Positions 44,092-53,083 of a DNA stretch of 64,000 nt are shown one piece after another. Each line of letters opens with the position of its first letter. Positions within the stretch are counted from its first letter, which is position 1. The notes under the pieces were generated by a model, which was not told where the DNA came from, did not search any database, and saw nothing but the letters and a program-made list of their open reading frames with translations. The position numbers and the translations under genes are program-made. This stretch comes from Escherichia coli (GTDB lineage: Bacteria; Pseudomonadota; Gammaproteobacteria; Enterobacterales; Enterobacteriaceae): assembly GCF_022846255.1 (NCBI RefSeq), contig NZ_AP025682.1. The stretch is one strand, 5' to 3'.

Positions 44092-46466
44092 TAGATTGAC
44101 TCCCCCACCTGAGCATCAGTCAATGCCTTGTGCCATATTCTGAAATTCCTGACATGACCAAATAAATGACGTAACCCGGCAGTAGTCTGGCCTCCAATAC
44201 GGATAATTGCGGTGTTCTGAATACAGGACCATGTGGTTTTTGTTTCGCTGGATATACGCCCGTTACTTACTGAGCACGTAGACTGATCTGACTTTACACG
44301 CATCCCCATAACCATTTTTTCAAGCGATGCGTTTTCGTTTACCCGTCTGTTAGCTCCTCCAATATCGCAATAAGGAAATCCGTCGTAATCTGTTGAACGA
44401 CCGAAGCCAAGAATAATAGCCGCTCCGGTTTGATGACCGCCGGTGTCAAAAACACGCGGAGCTGCATTTGGCGTTTTATACCAGTTCTTATGTACCTCAC
44501 AAAGAACCGTAAAAGGAAGATTATAAAGATTATTCTTAATGGGAACTGTAACTATATCGCTTGCGCGGGTCGCCGCCGTCGTTCCTGATATAATAAAAGA
44601 TGATACACAAGGCCCATTTTCTACTTGTGGGGTGGCCAGATAAATATAGTCACCAGATACGGTTGCCCCGCCCTGCTTAGGAGAATACTGTATCTGAGAA
44701 CCTATTTTTAACTCCCCATCAATTGCCTGAATTGTTGCCTCTGCAAAAATCCATCCGGTAGCTTCGTCCTTTCTGACTCTCGCAGTAATCCTTGAGGCAG
44801 CACCGCCTGTCATATTAATTTCAAGCGTTTGTGTATCAATATACGCATCACCAAGAAAAGTTGTTGCGCTACCGTCATATTTATCAAACCGGATACGCAA
44901 CCTTACCTGCAGTTCTGTTTTAAAACGACATGAGGTTGTCACGTGTTTATTATCGCCTGAGACATCAACTGACTTTGTTGCAGCAATTGATGCCATATTA
45001 ATGGCTGAGGTTTGCCCAATCAGAGAATCGTTGCAGACAAACTTTCCATAGGTAAAACCAAAACTATCCGTCCCTGTTTCGGGCACATCCATATTTGACG
45101 ATCGCCCCCAACTGGCAGGGTTTTCCGAATTGAGCATGTAGTTTGTTCTTTGCCCCTCAATAAGCAGGCCATCACGTTCAAACCGTGGCTCGTCAATGGC
45201 AGCCTCTGTCAGCACACCAGATTTATTAATGTAAGTTGCTTTTGATGCGCGTTTAAACTTTACAACCTTATCGCCAGGCATCGTTATTTCATCATCACCA
45301 ATAACAATCTTTTTATATGACGGCGAAAAGCCCGTAATCATATCCAGTGAATCGTTAAACGGTATCCACACATCGGGAAGCGGCTGCAATACTTGTTTAT
45401 ACGGCTCCGCAGCCTGGCTTGCATACTCTCTGGCTGCGTCTTCACTTGCTTTTGCAGCCGTCTGGCTTGCAGCGGATGCTTTCGCCGAGTTAGCCGCCGC
45501 AGTCTCGCTCGCCTTTGCGTTGGTTTCACTGGTTTTTGCAGCTTTTTGACTGTTGGCTGATGCAGTGGCAGAAGCAGCCGCCGCGCTTGCAGAGCCAGCT
45601 GCAGCACTCTCGCTTTCGGCTGCTGCATCCTGACTGCTTTTCGCCGCAGTTTCACTGGCTTTGGCATTCGTTTCGCTGGTTTTCGCTGCCGTCTGGCTGG
45701 ACTTTGCGTTGGTTTCGCTGGTTTTTGCAGCTTTTTGACTGTTGGCTGATGCAGTGGCAGAAGAAGCCGCCGCACTTGCAGAACCAGCTGCAGCACTCTC
45801 GCTTTCGGCTGCTGCATCCTGACTGCTTTTCGCCGCAGTTTCACTGGCTTTGGCATTCGTTTCGCTGGTTTTCGCTGCCGTCTGGCTGGACTTTGCGTTG
45901 GTTTCGCTCGTCTTTGCGGCTGTCTCGCTGTTTTTCGCATTGGTTTCTGATTTTTTGGCTGCTGTCGCGGAGTTTGCCGATGCAGTCTGTGAGGTCGCTG
46001 CCGCCTGTGCGCTGTTAGCTGCATTCGTTTCTGAGGTTTTCGCCGCGTTCTTCGATGATGCCGCTGCAGTTTCGGATTTCTTTGCCGCCGCTGCGCTCTG
46101 AGAGGCGGCTTCGGCGTTGCGTGCCGCTTCTTCCACCATTTCCTGAAAACGGCGCAATGCCTCCGGCATGACATCATCTTCCGTCATGGCACCGAGAAAA
46201 TCATTCAGCGTCCCCGGACTGGAACCTTCATAGACGGTAATGGTCCCAACATGTGATGGCTGAGAACCCTCAATCCACAGGATGACGCTGTACTGACCAT
46301 ACTCAACGTCCATACTGTAACGCCCGGCTTCATCAGGATTTTCAGAGGTCACCGTGTTCACCAATACCGTGGTGCTGTTACGCTTTGCCTTCAGTTGAAT
46401 AGTGCAGTTCTGTATTGGTTTTCCCGCACCATCTTTCAGCACACCTGAGATTTTTACTGCTGCCAT
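44091..46466 (-). CDS. stf: Side tail fibre (lambda Stf-like N-terminus, different C-terminal receptor-binding region)
   Basis: The N-terminus MAAVKISGVLKDGAGKPIQNCTIQLKAKRNSTT...YSMDVEYGQYSV matches lambda Stf. The middle is Ala/Ser/Thr/Lys/Glu repeats. The C-terminal end LFGHVRNFRIWHKALTDAQV looks LamG/lectin-like. The ATG at 46466 has a GGAG upstream. Confidence 0.88.
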   Translation of the reverse strand: MAAVKISGVLKDGAGKPIQNCTIQLKAKRNSTTVLVNTVTSENPDEAGRYSMDVEYGQYSVILWIEGSQPSHVGTITVYEGSSPGTLNDFLGAMTEDDVMPEALRRFQEMVEEAARNAEAASQSAAAAKKSETAAASSKNAAKTSETNAANSAQAAATSQTASANSATAAKKSETNAKNSETAAKTSETNAKSSQTAAKTSETNAKASETAAKSSQDAAAESESAAAGSASAAASSATASANSQKAAKTSETNAKSSQTAAKTSETNAKASETAAKSSQDAAAESESAAAGSASAAAASATASANSQKAAKTSETNAKASETAAANSAKASAASQTAAKASEDAAREYASQAAEPYKQVLQPLPDVWIPFNDSLDMITGFSPSYKKIVIGDDEITMPGDKVVKFKRASKATYINKSGVLTEAAIDEPRFERDGLLIEGQRTNYMLNSENPASWGRSSNMDVPETGTDSFGFTYGKFVCNDSLIGQTSAINMASIAATKSVDVSGDNKHVTTSCRFKTELQVRLRIRFDKYDGSATTFLGDAYIDTQTLEINMTGGAASRITARVRKDEATGWIFAEATIQAIDGELKIGSQIQYSPKQGGATVSGDYIYLATPQVENGPCVSSFIISGTTAATRASDIVTVPIKNNLYNLPFTVLCEVHKNWYKTPNAAPRVFDTGGHQTGAAIILGFGRSTDYDGFPYCDIGGANRRVNENASLEKMVMGMRVKSDQSTCSVSNGRISSETKTTWSCIQNTAIIRIGGQTTAGLRHLFGHVRNFRIWHKALTDAQVGESI
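45514..45891 (-). repeat. Two tandem 189-bp (63-codon) in-frame repeats inside stf
   Basis: TTTGCGTTGGTTTC(A/G)CTGGTTTTTGCAGCTTTTTGACTG... recurs at 45514 and 45703. A diverging third copy starts at 45892. The protein repeat is KSSQTAAKTSETNAKASETAAKSSQDAAAESESAAAGSASAAA.SATASANSQKAAKTSETNA. Confidence 0.9.
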
Positions 46467-46475
46467 ATCCACTCC

Positions 46476-46504
46476 ACAAAAAAGCCCGCCTGAACCGGCG
46501 GGCT
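46476..46504 (-). terminator. Rho-independent terminator after lom
   Basis: Minus strand: AGCCCGCC-ggttca-GGCGGGCT followed by TTTTTTGTGG. Confidence 0.8.
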
Positions 46505-46530
46505 GTCATAACACTGTGTTACCTGGCTAA

Positions 46531-47130
46531 TCAGAACTTATAACCGACACCCACGATGAAACCGTCAGTGCGCCAGTCGCCACTGCCGGAGCCTTCATAA
46601 GCAATATCAATGGCCACGGATTCGGTCGGGTTAAACTGCACGCCAGCTCCCCACGCCAGAGACGTGTTGCTGTGGCGATCGTCATCACTTCCGGTCAGCA
46701 CATCGTGCGTTTTCCCCTTGTTGTCAGTTACGCGGAGATAATCCCCGGAGAACGTCGAAACACGGCTGTAAGCCACACCTGCCATCGCATAAGCACTGAA
46801 CCATTCATTCACGCGTACAGATGGCCCCGCCATCATGCTGAACCAGCGGTTACGCACTGAATCTTCATGCCAGCGGGTATCGCTGTAATGCGTTTTTTGC
46901 TCATCTTTGGCATTGGCATAACTGAATGACGTCACCAGCCCCAGCGTGTCCGTAAACTCATAACGGTATTTCACGTTAATCCCGTTCAGATCATCGCTGC
47001 CTGGCATATCAGTATGGGTCTGAAGATACCCGGCGCTTAGTGTGGACTGATGCTCTGCTGCGCTTGCTGGCGTACCAGCGGCAACCAGCCAGACTACTGC
47101 GGACAGAATAACAGCACATAATTTACGCAT
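46531..47130 (-). CDS. lom: Lom (Ail/Lom-family outer-membrane beta-barrel protein)
   Basis: 199 aa with a signal peptide and a terminal ...GVGYKF. It occupies the lambda lom position after J. Confidence 0.93.
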   Translation of the reverse strand: MRKLCAVILSAVVWLVAAGTPASAAEHQSTLSAGYLQTHTDMPGSDDLNGINVKYRYEFTDTLGLVTSFSYANAKDEQKTHYSDTRWHEDSVRNRWFSMMAGPSVRVNEWFSAYAMAGVAYSRVSTFSGDYLRVTDNKGKTHDVLTGSDDDRHSNTSLAWGAGVQFNPTESVAIDIAYEGSGSGDWRTDGFIVGVGYKF

Positions 47131-47153
47131 AATTACCTCTCGCTTTTCTGCAA

Positions 47154-47178
47154 TAAAAAAGGCGTCATTTCTGACGCC
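47154..47178 (-). terminator. Rho-independent terminator after J
   Basis: Minus strand: GGCGTCA-gaaa-TGACGCC followed by TTTTTTATT. Confidence 0.8.
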
Positions 47179-47197
47179 CGTATTGGGGTTATAAAAT

Positions 47198-50100
47198 TCA
47201 GCTGATACTGATGCCTGCGGTGGCTTTCTTCATCACCACAACCAGCAAATCGCTGATACTTGCTGTGGGATACCAGTCATTTACCAGCCATGCTGACACC
47301 GAAAACTCCAGCGTCATGTGACCGTGACCGGCAGGCATATCAATAACGCCACTGTAAATCAGCGTATTATCCAACGCGGTACGGTTATAAATTTCAGCAC
47401 CGTTTTTCCGCACTATCAGACGGCATGAGGAGTAAATATCAGTATGCTCTCTCTCATGTTTAGCGCCGCTGAATGCCACCGCCGGAATAACAATCTGCCG
47501 GTCAAACGGCTGATCGTCATAAATCCTGACGGTAATGGTCCCTGATGGCCACCGTTCCGGTGCACGGGAGTCCCGGGGGAAAGCTTTGCCCACTGTTTTA
47601 ACGAGATCGCCTTCAATCTGGTTCGCGGACAGTTTTCCCAGAACCCGGCAGTTCTCGTTAATCGTGACGTTGTTGAGCGTCCCGGAGTTCGCATTCACGT
47701 TACCGCTGATATCGGCATTTTTCGCCGTCAGCCGCCCGTCCGGTGTCAGGGAAAATGCCGGAGGATTACCGCCGCTGGTAATGGTGGGAGCCGTCAGATA
47801 TTTCAGGAACACTTCGTTCATGAATATCTGATCGCCCTGACCAACAAACATCGGCTTTGTGTTGCCATTTGCAGGATTAACCATCGCAATCCTGTCCGCC
47901 GCCAGCAGCACCTGACTCTGCATGCCGTCAGGGGTGTTCTCAATACCGGCACCAATACCCGCGATATAAAGGCGTCCGTCCCGCATCTGCTGCAGCTTCA
48001 CAGCCCACATGCTGTTCAGGTTATTATTTGTATCAACCTGAACCTTCTGTATCTGCTGAATTGCCGCACTCTGGTCTTCCAGTTTCTTATTGACGGTCTG
48101 CGTGATTTCATTGCTGACACCCGTAATGGACGTCCTGATTTCAGCCAGGTCAGGCGCAAGCTGACCGTTATCAATCTGCGTCCACAACTCCTGAGCCAGA
48201 TGGGTTTTCCCTATCTCTCCTTTGAAAAAATTCAGATAGCCGGATGCATCATCACTCGGCTGGCCAACAGCCTCCACAAATGCCGATTTGCCAACGGTGT
48301 TCACACTGCGGATGTAAAAATAATAATCATGGCCCGGTTTGATATTGATACTGGCGGCTATCCAGTACAGCGCCGTGCCAAGATAGCGTGCTGTGGTTTC
48401 AACCTGCCTGATATCCGCAATCCGCTTTTCCGAGAACCAGAACTCAAACTGTACCGTCGGATCATAAACCGCAAGATGCGGCGTGGCGGTTATCTGAAAA
48501 TACCCCGGTGTCAGCTCAATCTGCGACGGCGCTGCCGGTGCGGCAATCCGGAACGATACCGATGCCGGATCGCCCTGCTGCCCCCACGCATTTACCGCCC
48601 GGACTGTCAGCCTGTAGTTCCCCAGCGCCAGTTGCCTGAAGCGGTATGTGGTTTCCGTCGTCCGGGCCATGCTGACCAGCCGCTCACTGCCGTCGTCCGC
48701 TGCCACGGTAAGGCGAAGCAGGAAGCTCACGCCCTTCACCACCTTCGGCGTGTCCCATCGCGCCAGCACCTGATATTCCCCGCTGTCTGCGGTGACTTCG
48801 GCGGTCAGGTGCTGCACCGCTGGCGGCGTGACACCATTCACCGTGCCGCTCTGGTCGCCGTCAAAGTGCGCCCCGTTATCCACGATGGCTTCTTTTTCCG
48901 GTACATGCTGCACGGCGGTGATGGCATACGTACCGTCATCGTTCTCCCGGATACTCACACAGCGGAACAGGCGCTGGCGCAGCGTCGGCAGCTTCAGCCC
49001 CCATACGCTGTATTCAGCAACACCGTCAGGAACACGGCTCACTTTCACCTTCACGCCGTCGGTGACGGACTGAACCTCCACGCTGACCGGACTCCCCTGC
49101 CCGTCAACCAGGCTTATCAGCGTGGTGCCGGAGGATGGCAGCGTGATTTCACGGTCGAGCGTCAGCGTCCGGGTCTGGCTGTTTACCGCCAGCACGCGCC
49201 CGCCGGTGCTGATACCGGCATAGTCATCATCACAGATTTCAATGACATCGCCCGGCACATGGCGAAGCCCTTCTGCGCCCACGCTGAAGTCCACGGTCTG
49301 CGTTTCCAGCAGTTCTGTTTTAATCAGCCACAGCCCGGCGCGGTGTGCCTGCCCCCGGCTGGTACAGCCAAAAGCATCCATCTTCGTGACGTTACGACCG
49401 TAACGGGCAATGGCCTGCGTGTCCTCCACAAGCTCTGTCGCCGTCTCCCAGCCGTTGTTCGGGTCAATCCAGTTCACCTCAACGGCATTATGGCGGTCTT
49501 TCAGGGCGCTGAAGCTGTAGCGGAACGGCGCGCCATCATCCGGCATCACCACATTACTGCGGTTATAGGTCCACACCTTATCCGACGGTCGGTCCTGCAC
49601 GAACGTCAGCGTCTGCCCGTTCCATACCGGCATACAGCGCATCGCCGAGCAGAAATCACTGAGCACATCCCACGCCTTGCGCTGTGTGGTCAGGTACGCA
49701 TTACAGGTGATGCGCGGCTCCGTGCCGCCAAAACCGTCCGGCACTGACTGGTCGCAATACTGGCCGATGACATACAGCGCCCATTTATCCACATCTGCCG
49801 CACCAAGACGTTTCCCCATGCCGTAGCGCGGGTGGGTCAGCATATCCCACAGACACCAGGCCATGTTGTTGCTGTATGCTGGCTTAAACGTTCCGTCCCA
49901 GATACCGCTGTATTGCCGCGTCTGCGGGTTATAGTTCGACGGCACCTGCAGAATACGCCCGCGCAGATGATAATTACGGCTCACCTGCTGGCTGCCGAAC
50001 TGCTCCGAATCCACCTGCACGCCGACCAGTGCCGTGTTCGGGTAGCACTGTTTCACATCGATGATTTCGGTGTATGACGACCAGAGCGTTTTGTTCTGCA

Positions 50101-50677
50101 GCTGGTCTGTGGTGCTGTCCGGCGTCATCCTGCGCATCCGGATATTAAACGGGCGCGGCGGCAGGTTATCCACCACCACCGAGGCCAGATACTGCGAGGT
50201 GGTTTTGCCCTTAATGGTGATGTCTTTTTCCGTCACCCAGCCACCGTTACGTTGTATCTGAACCAGCAGGCGGACTTCCGATGGATTCCTGTCCCCCTTT
50301 GAGGTGGTTTCCACCAGTGCCTGCACACCGAAGGTAAAGCGCAGACGGTCGATGTTTGCCGACGTGATGGTGCGGGTGATCGGCGTGTCGTATTTCACTT
50401 CCGTACCCAGCACCGTCTCGGAACCGGAGGATTCAAATCCCTCCGGCGGTGTCTGCTCCTGCTCACCTGCCCGGAACACCACCGTGACACCGGAGATGTT
50501 GGTATTCCCCTCACTGTCCAGCACCGGCGTACTGTTCAGCAGCACGCTTTTTAATCCATCCACCGGACCTTCAACCGGCCCTTCACTGATGGCATCAATC
50601 ACACTCAGCAACTGCGTGGATTTCAGGTTGTCCTTCGCTTCGCGCGGGGTATGCCCCTTACTGCTGCCTTTACCCAT
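47198..50677 (-). CDS. J: Tail tip/host-specificity protein J
   Basis: 1159 aa. The N-terminus [34 protein letters not shown] matches lambda gpJ. Confidence 0.96.
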   Translation of the reverse strand: MGKGSSKGHTPREAKDNLKSTQLLSVIDAISEGPVEGPVDGLKSVLLNSTPVLDSEGNTNISGVTVVFRAGEQEQTPPEGFESSGSETVLGTEVKYDTPITRTITSANIDRLRFTFGVQALVETTSKGDRNPSEVRLLVQIQRNGGWVTEKDITIKGKTTSQYLASVVVDNLPPRPFNIRMRRMTPDSTTDQLQNKTLWSSYTEIIDVKQCYPNTALVGVQVDSEQFGSQQVSRNYHLRGRILQVPSNYNPQTRQYSGIWDGTFKPAYSNNMAWCLWDMLTHPRYGMGKRLGAADVDKWALYVIGQYCDQSVPDGFGGTEPRITCNAYLTTQRKAWDVLSDFCSAMRCMPVWNGQTLTFVQDRPSDKVWTYNRSNVVMPDDGAPFRYSFSALKDRHNAVEVNWIDPNNGWETATELVEDTQAIARYGRNVTKMDAFGCTSRGQAHRAGLWLIKTELLETQTVDFSVGAEGLRHVPGDVIEICDDDYAGISTGGRVLAVNSQTRTLTLDREITLPSSGTTLISLVDGQGSPVSVEVQSVTDGVKVKVSRVPDGVAEYSVWGLKLPTLRQRLFRCVSIRENDDGTYAITAVQHVPEKEAIVDNGAHFDGDQSGTVNGVTPPAVQHLTAEVTADSGEYQVLARWDTPKVVKGVSFLLRLTVAADDGSERLVSMARTTETTYRFRQLALGNYRLTVRAVNAWGQQGDPASVSFRIAAPAAPSQIELTPGYFQITATPHLAVYDPTVQFEFWFSEKRIADIRQVETTARYLGTALYWIAASINIKPGHDYYFYIRSVNTVGKSAFVEAVGQPSDDASGYLNFFKGEIGKTHLAQELWTQIDNGQLAPDLAEIRTSITGVSNEITQTVNKKLEDQSAAIQQIQKVQVDTNNNLNSMWAVKLQQMRDGRLYIAGIGAGIENTPDGMQSQVLLAADRIAMVNPANGNTKPMFVGQGDQIFMNEVFLKYLTAPTITSGGNPPAFSLTPDGRLTAKNADISGNVNANSGTLNNVTINENCRVLGKLSANQIEGDLVKTVGKAFPRDSRAPERWPSGTITVRIYDDQPFDRQIVIPAVAFSGAKHEREHTDIYSSCRLIVRKNGAEIYNRTALDNTLIYSGVIDMPAGHGHMTLEFSVSAWLVNDWYPTASISDLLVVVMKKATAGISIS

Positions 50678-50737
50678 TCGTCATGCTCCATAAACGACAA
50701 AACCGCCCGGAGGCGGTTTCACATAAAACATTTTGCA

Positions 50738-51409
50738 TCAGCGACCAATCACCACAACCTGACCACCGTCCCCTTCGTCTGCCGTGCTGATCTCCTGAGA
50801 AACCACGCGTGACCCCACGCGCATTTCCCCGTACAGAACAGGCAGAACATTGCCCTGGGCAACCATGTTATCCAGTGACGAGAAATACGTGTTCTGTTTG
50901 CCGTTATCTGTACTGGCTGCCGTGGGCGTCCTGGCTTTCGGTGCCAGCATCTGCGCCACACCACCAAGTACCATACTGGCACCGAGAGAAAACAGGATAC
51001 CGGTCATACCACCGGCCCCAATGGCTGCCCCCCATGCTGCAAGGGTGGCTCCGGCAGTAAAGAATGATCCGGCAATGGCGGCAGCCCCCAGAACAATCTG
51101 GAATACGCCCCCTGACTTGGCCCCGGCGACTCTGGGAACAATATGAATCACAGCGCCGTCAGGCAGAACCTCATGTAACTGCGCCGTCAATCCGGACGTG
51201 CTGACGTCCCGCCCGGAAATCCGTACCTGATACCAGCCGTCGCTCAGTTTCTGACGAAACGCCGGGAGCTGTGTGGCCAGCGCCCGAATGGCTTCAGCCC
51301 CCGTTTTCACACGAAGGTCGATGCGGCGGCCAAATCGTTGTAAATCCCCGTAAAGGCAGATGCGCGCCATGCCCGGTGACGCCAGAGGGAGTGTGTGCGT
51401 CGCTGCCAT
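50738..51409 (-). CDS. I: Tail tip assembly protein I
   Basis: 223 aa, the same length as lambda gpI. It overlaps the K 3' end as in lambda. Confidence 0.94.
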   Translation of the reverse strand: MAATHTLPLASPGMARICLYGDLQRFGRRIDLRVKTGAEAIRALATQLPAFRQKLSDGWYQVRISGRDVSTSGLTAQLHEVLPDGAVIHIVPRVAGAKSGGVFQIVLGAAAIAGSFFTAGATLAAWGAAIGAGGMTGILFSLGASMVLGGVAQMLAPKARTPTAASTDNGKQNTYFSSLDNMVAQGNVLPVLYGEMRVGSRVVSQEISTADEGDGGQVVVIGR

Positions 51410-52050
51410 TTGTCGGTATACCTCTCTCGTTTGCTCAGTTGTTCAGGAATATGGTGCAGCAGCTCGCCGTCGCCGCAGTAAATAGCGGCATGATTCGGCA
51501 CCGATGAACCAAAACAGCACAGCAGCACATCGCCCGGCTGCGCCGCTGACAACGGCACCTGATACAGCCCCGTTGCCTCCAGATTATCCAGATAGAGATT
51601 CTGACCGTGACGCCACCAGTCATCCTCACGATGAAAATCCGGCATCTCAATCCCCGCCAGATGATAAGCATCCCGGAACAGCGTGTAACAGTCCGTCACC
51701 CCGTGCTCAAAGCGCCGCCCGGTGAGATGCGGCACACAGCGGAACTTATGAATCGCCCCCCGGCAGACCAGCAACCACGGCAAATCACTCTGCACCTGCA
51801 GCCGCCGGTCGGCCTCACTCAGCCAGGGCAGACCACCGGGGTGGCTGTGGACCAGCGCCACAATCTCACCCTGCATTTCTGCCTGCAGCCAGTCTTCCGG
51901 CGACATACGGAAATACGCCTCCGGCTCACCGGAGATATTCACGCAGGGGAAATATCTTTCCCCCTCCGGCGTGCTTACCACGAAGCCGCACGACTCCGCT
52001 GGCGCACATCGCCGGGCGTGCGCCAGAATCGCTGATTCTGCCTGTGTCAT
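51307..52050 (-). CDS. K: Tail tip assembly protein K (MPN/JAB + NlpC/P60)
   Basis: MTQAESAILAHARRCAPAESCGFVV...HSHPGG motif, in lambda order. Confidence 0.94.
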   Translation of the reverse strand: MTQAESAILAHARRCAPAESCGFVVSTPEGERYFPCVNISGEPEAYFRMSPEDWLQAEMQGEIVALVHSHPGGLPWLSEADRRLQVQSDLPWLLVCRGAIHKFRCVPHLTGRRFEHGVTDCYTLFRDAYHLAGIEMPDFHREDDWWRHGQNLYLDNLEATGLYQVPLSAAQPGDVLLCCFGSSVPNHAAIYCGDGELLHHIPEQLSKRERYTDKWQRRTHSLWRHRAWRASAFTGIYNDLAAASTFV

Positions 52051-52055
52051 GGGAT

Positions 52056-52754
52056 TTACTGCGAAAGTTTGTTAATGGAAAGGAAGCCGCCAAAGTTGCC
52101 GACGTTATTGCGGAACTTACAACCGCTCAGGCATTTGCTGCATTTATCCTTCGTGATATCGGACGTTGGCTGGTCATATTCATCCGCGACCGCCGGACCG
52201 TGATAACCGCACTCATCGCCGCGATAGGTCCAGGTGCAGGTGTTGGCCAGCATGATGCGCCCCGGAAAAACGGCACCATCCGTTTCCGTCGGTGTGGACA
52301 GTACAAAGGAGGCACTGACCGCACTCAGTTCGCTGCACTGCTCGATGCGCCAGCGGCTGATCACCTCCTGCTCCGGATCGGCGTCGCTGTTTCCGTTGAC
52401 GAAGTTCACCGCATCCAGAAAACGGGCGTAAACCTTACGCCTGACCACCGTTCCGCCGACCAGACTCTGCAGATCTTCCACCATCCCGGTGACCATACCG
52501 TACAGGTTAGAAACCGTCAGCGTGGGGCGCGTACTGGTGCCTTTGCCATTCAGTTCAAAACTACTCCCCTGAATGGGATACGGCTGATACTGTCGCCCCT
52601 GCCAGGTGACCGGCTCACCTTTTTCGTTCTGCTCATTACAGAAAAAATAACGTTCTCCACCGACCTCTGTCAGATCGATTTCCCAGAGCACCACGCTGGC
52701 CGACTGCTCCGCACGGGTGCATTCATTCAATGTTTCCTGCCGGATATCCTGCAT
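52056..52754 (-). CDS. L: Tail tip protein L
   Basis: 232 aa as in lambda gpL, with a C-terminal Cys cluster. Confidence 0.95.
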   Translation of the reverse strand: MQDIRQETLNECTRAEQSASVVLWEIDLTEVGGERYFFCNEQNEKGEPVTWQGRQYQPYPIQGSSFELNGKGTSTRPTLTVSNLYGMVTGMVEDLQSLVGGTVVRRKVYARFLDAVNFVNGNSDADPEQEVISRWRIEQCSELSAVSASFVLSTPTETDGAVFPGRIMLANTCTWTYRGDECGYHGPAVADEYDQPTSDITKDKCSKCLSGCKFRNNVGNFGGFLSINKLSQ

Positions 52755-53083
52755 CAGTTCACCACCTGTTCAAACTCTGCGCTGAACTCAACACGCAGCA
52801 TACTGACCCGCGACGACCATTTTGCGCAGGTCACCTTTATCTGCCGCCACTCATAAGGCGGCGTCCACAGAAAGGATTTCCAGCCCCCGTGCTCAGCCAG
52901 AAACGACTCCAGCGCCGTGGGCTCCCAACGGGGGACAGAAAGCGTCACGCTGTACGTTTTCAGGTTGGCATTCAGCCCGGCAGGCGCTCGCTGGGAATAG
53001 CCATCACCAAAGCGCACCTTTCTTACAGAAGGGGCCGAAGCCACATCCATACCGGGTTTCACTTTCCAGCGGAAGGTTTTCAT
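52754..53083 (-). CDS. M: Tail tip protein M
   Basis: 109 aa as in lambda gpM. Confidence 0.95.
   Translation of the reverse strand: MKTFRWKVKPGMDVASAPSVRKVRFGDGYSQRAPAGLNANLKTYSVTLSVPRWEPTALESFLAEHGGWKSFLWTPPYEWRQIKVTCAKWSSRVSMLRVEFSAEFEQVVN

Noticed and set aside
45514-45900. Possible CRISPR-like or satellite array
   Set aside because: The repeats are 189 bp, contiguous without spacers, and in-frame coding sequence within stf. This is not a CRISPR.
45338-46177. 279-aa minus-strand ORF and the 167-aa and 83-aa plus-strand ORFs inside the fibre repeat region
   Set aside because: These are alternative-frame artefacts of the low-complexity Ala/Ser/Thr/Lys repeat DNA. The stf frame is the one with lambda Stf homology and continuity.
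48200-49747. 515-aa ORF on the plus strand
   Set aside because: It lies entirely antisense to the J gene, whose identity is secure. The Arg/His/Pro-rich composition is typical of antisense frames of G+C-rich genes, and there is no RBS context.
52044-52856. 270-aa plus-strand ORF
   Set aside because: It is antisense to tail gene L and the start of M, both of which are securely identified.
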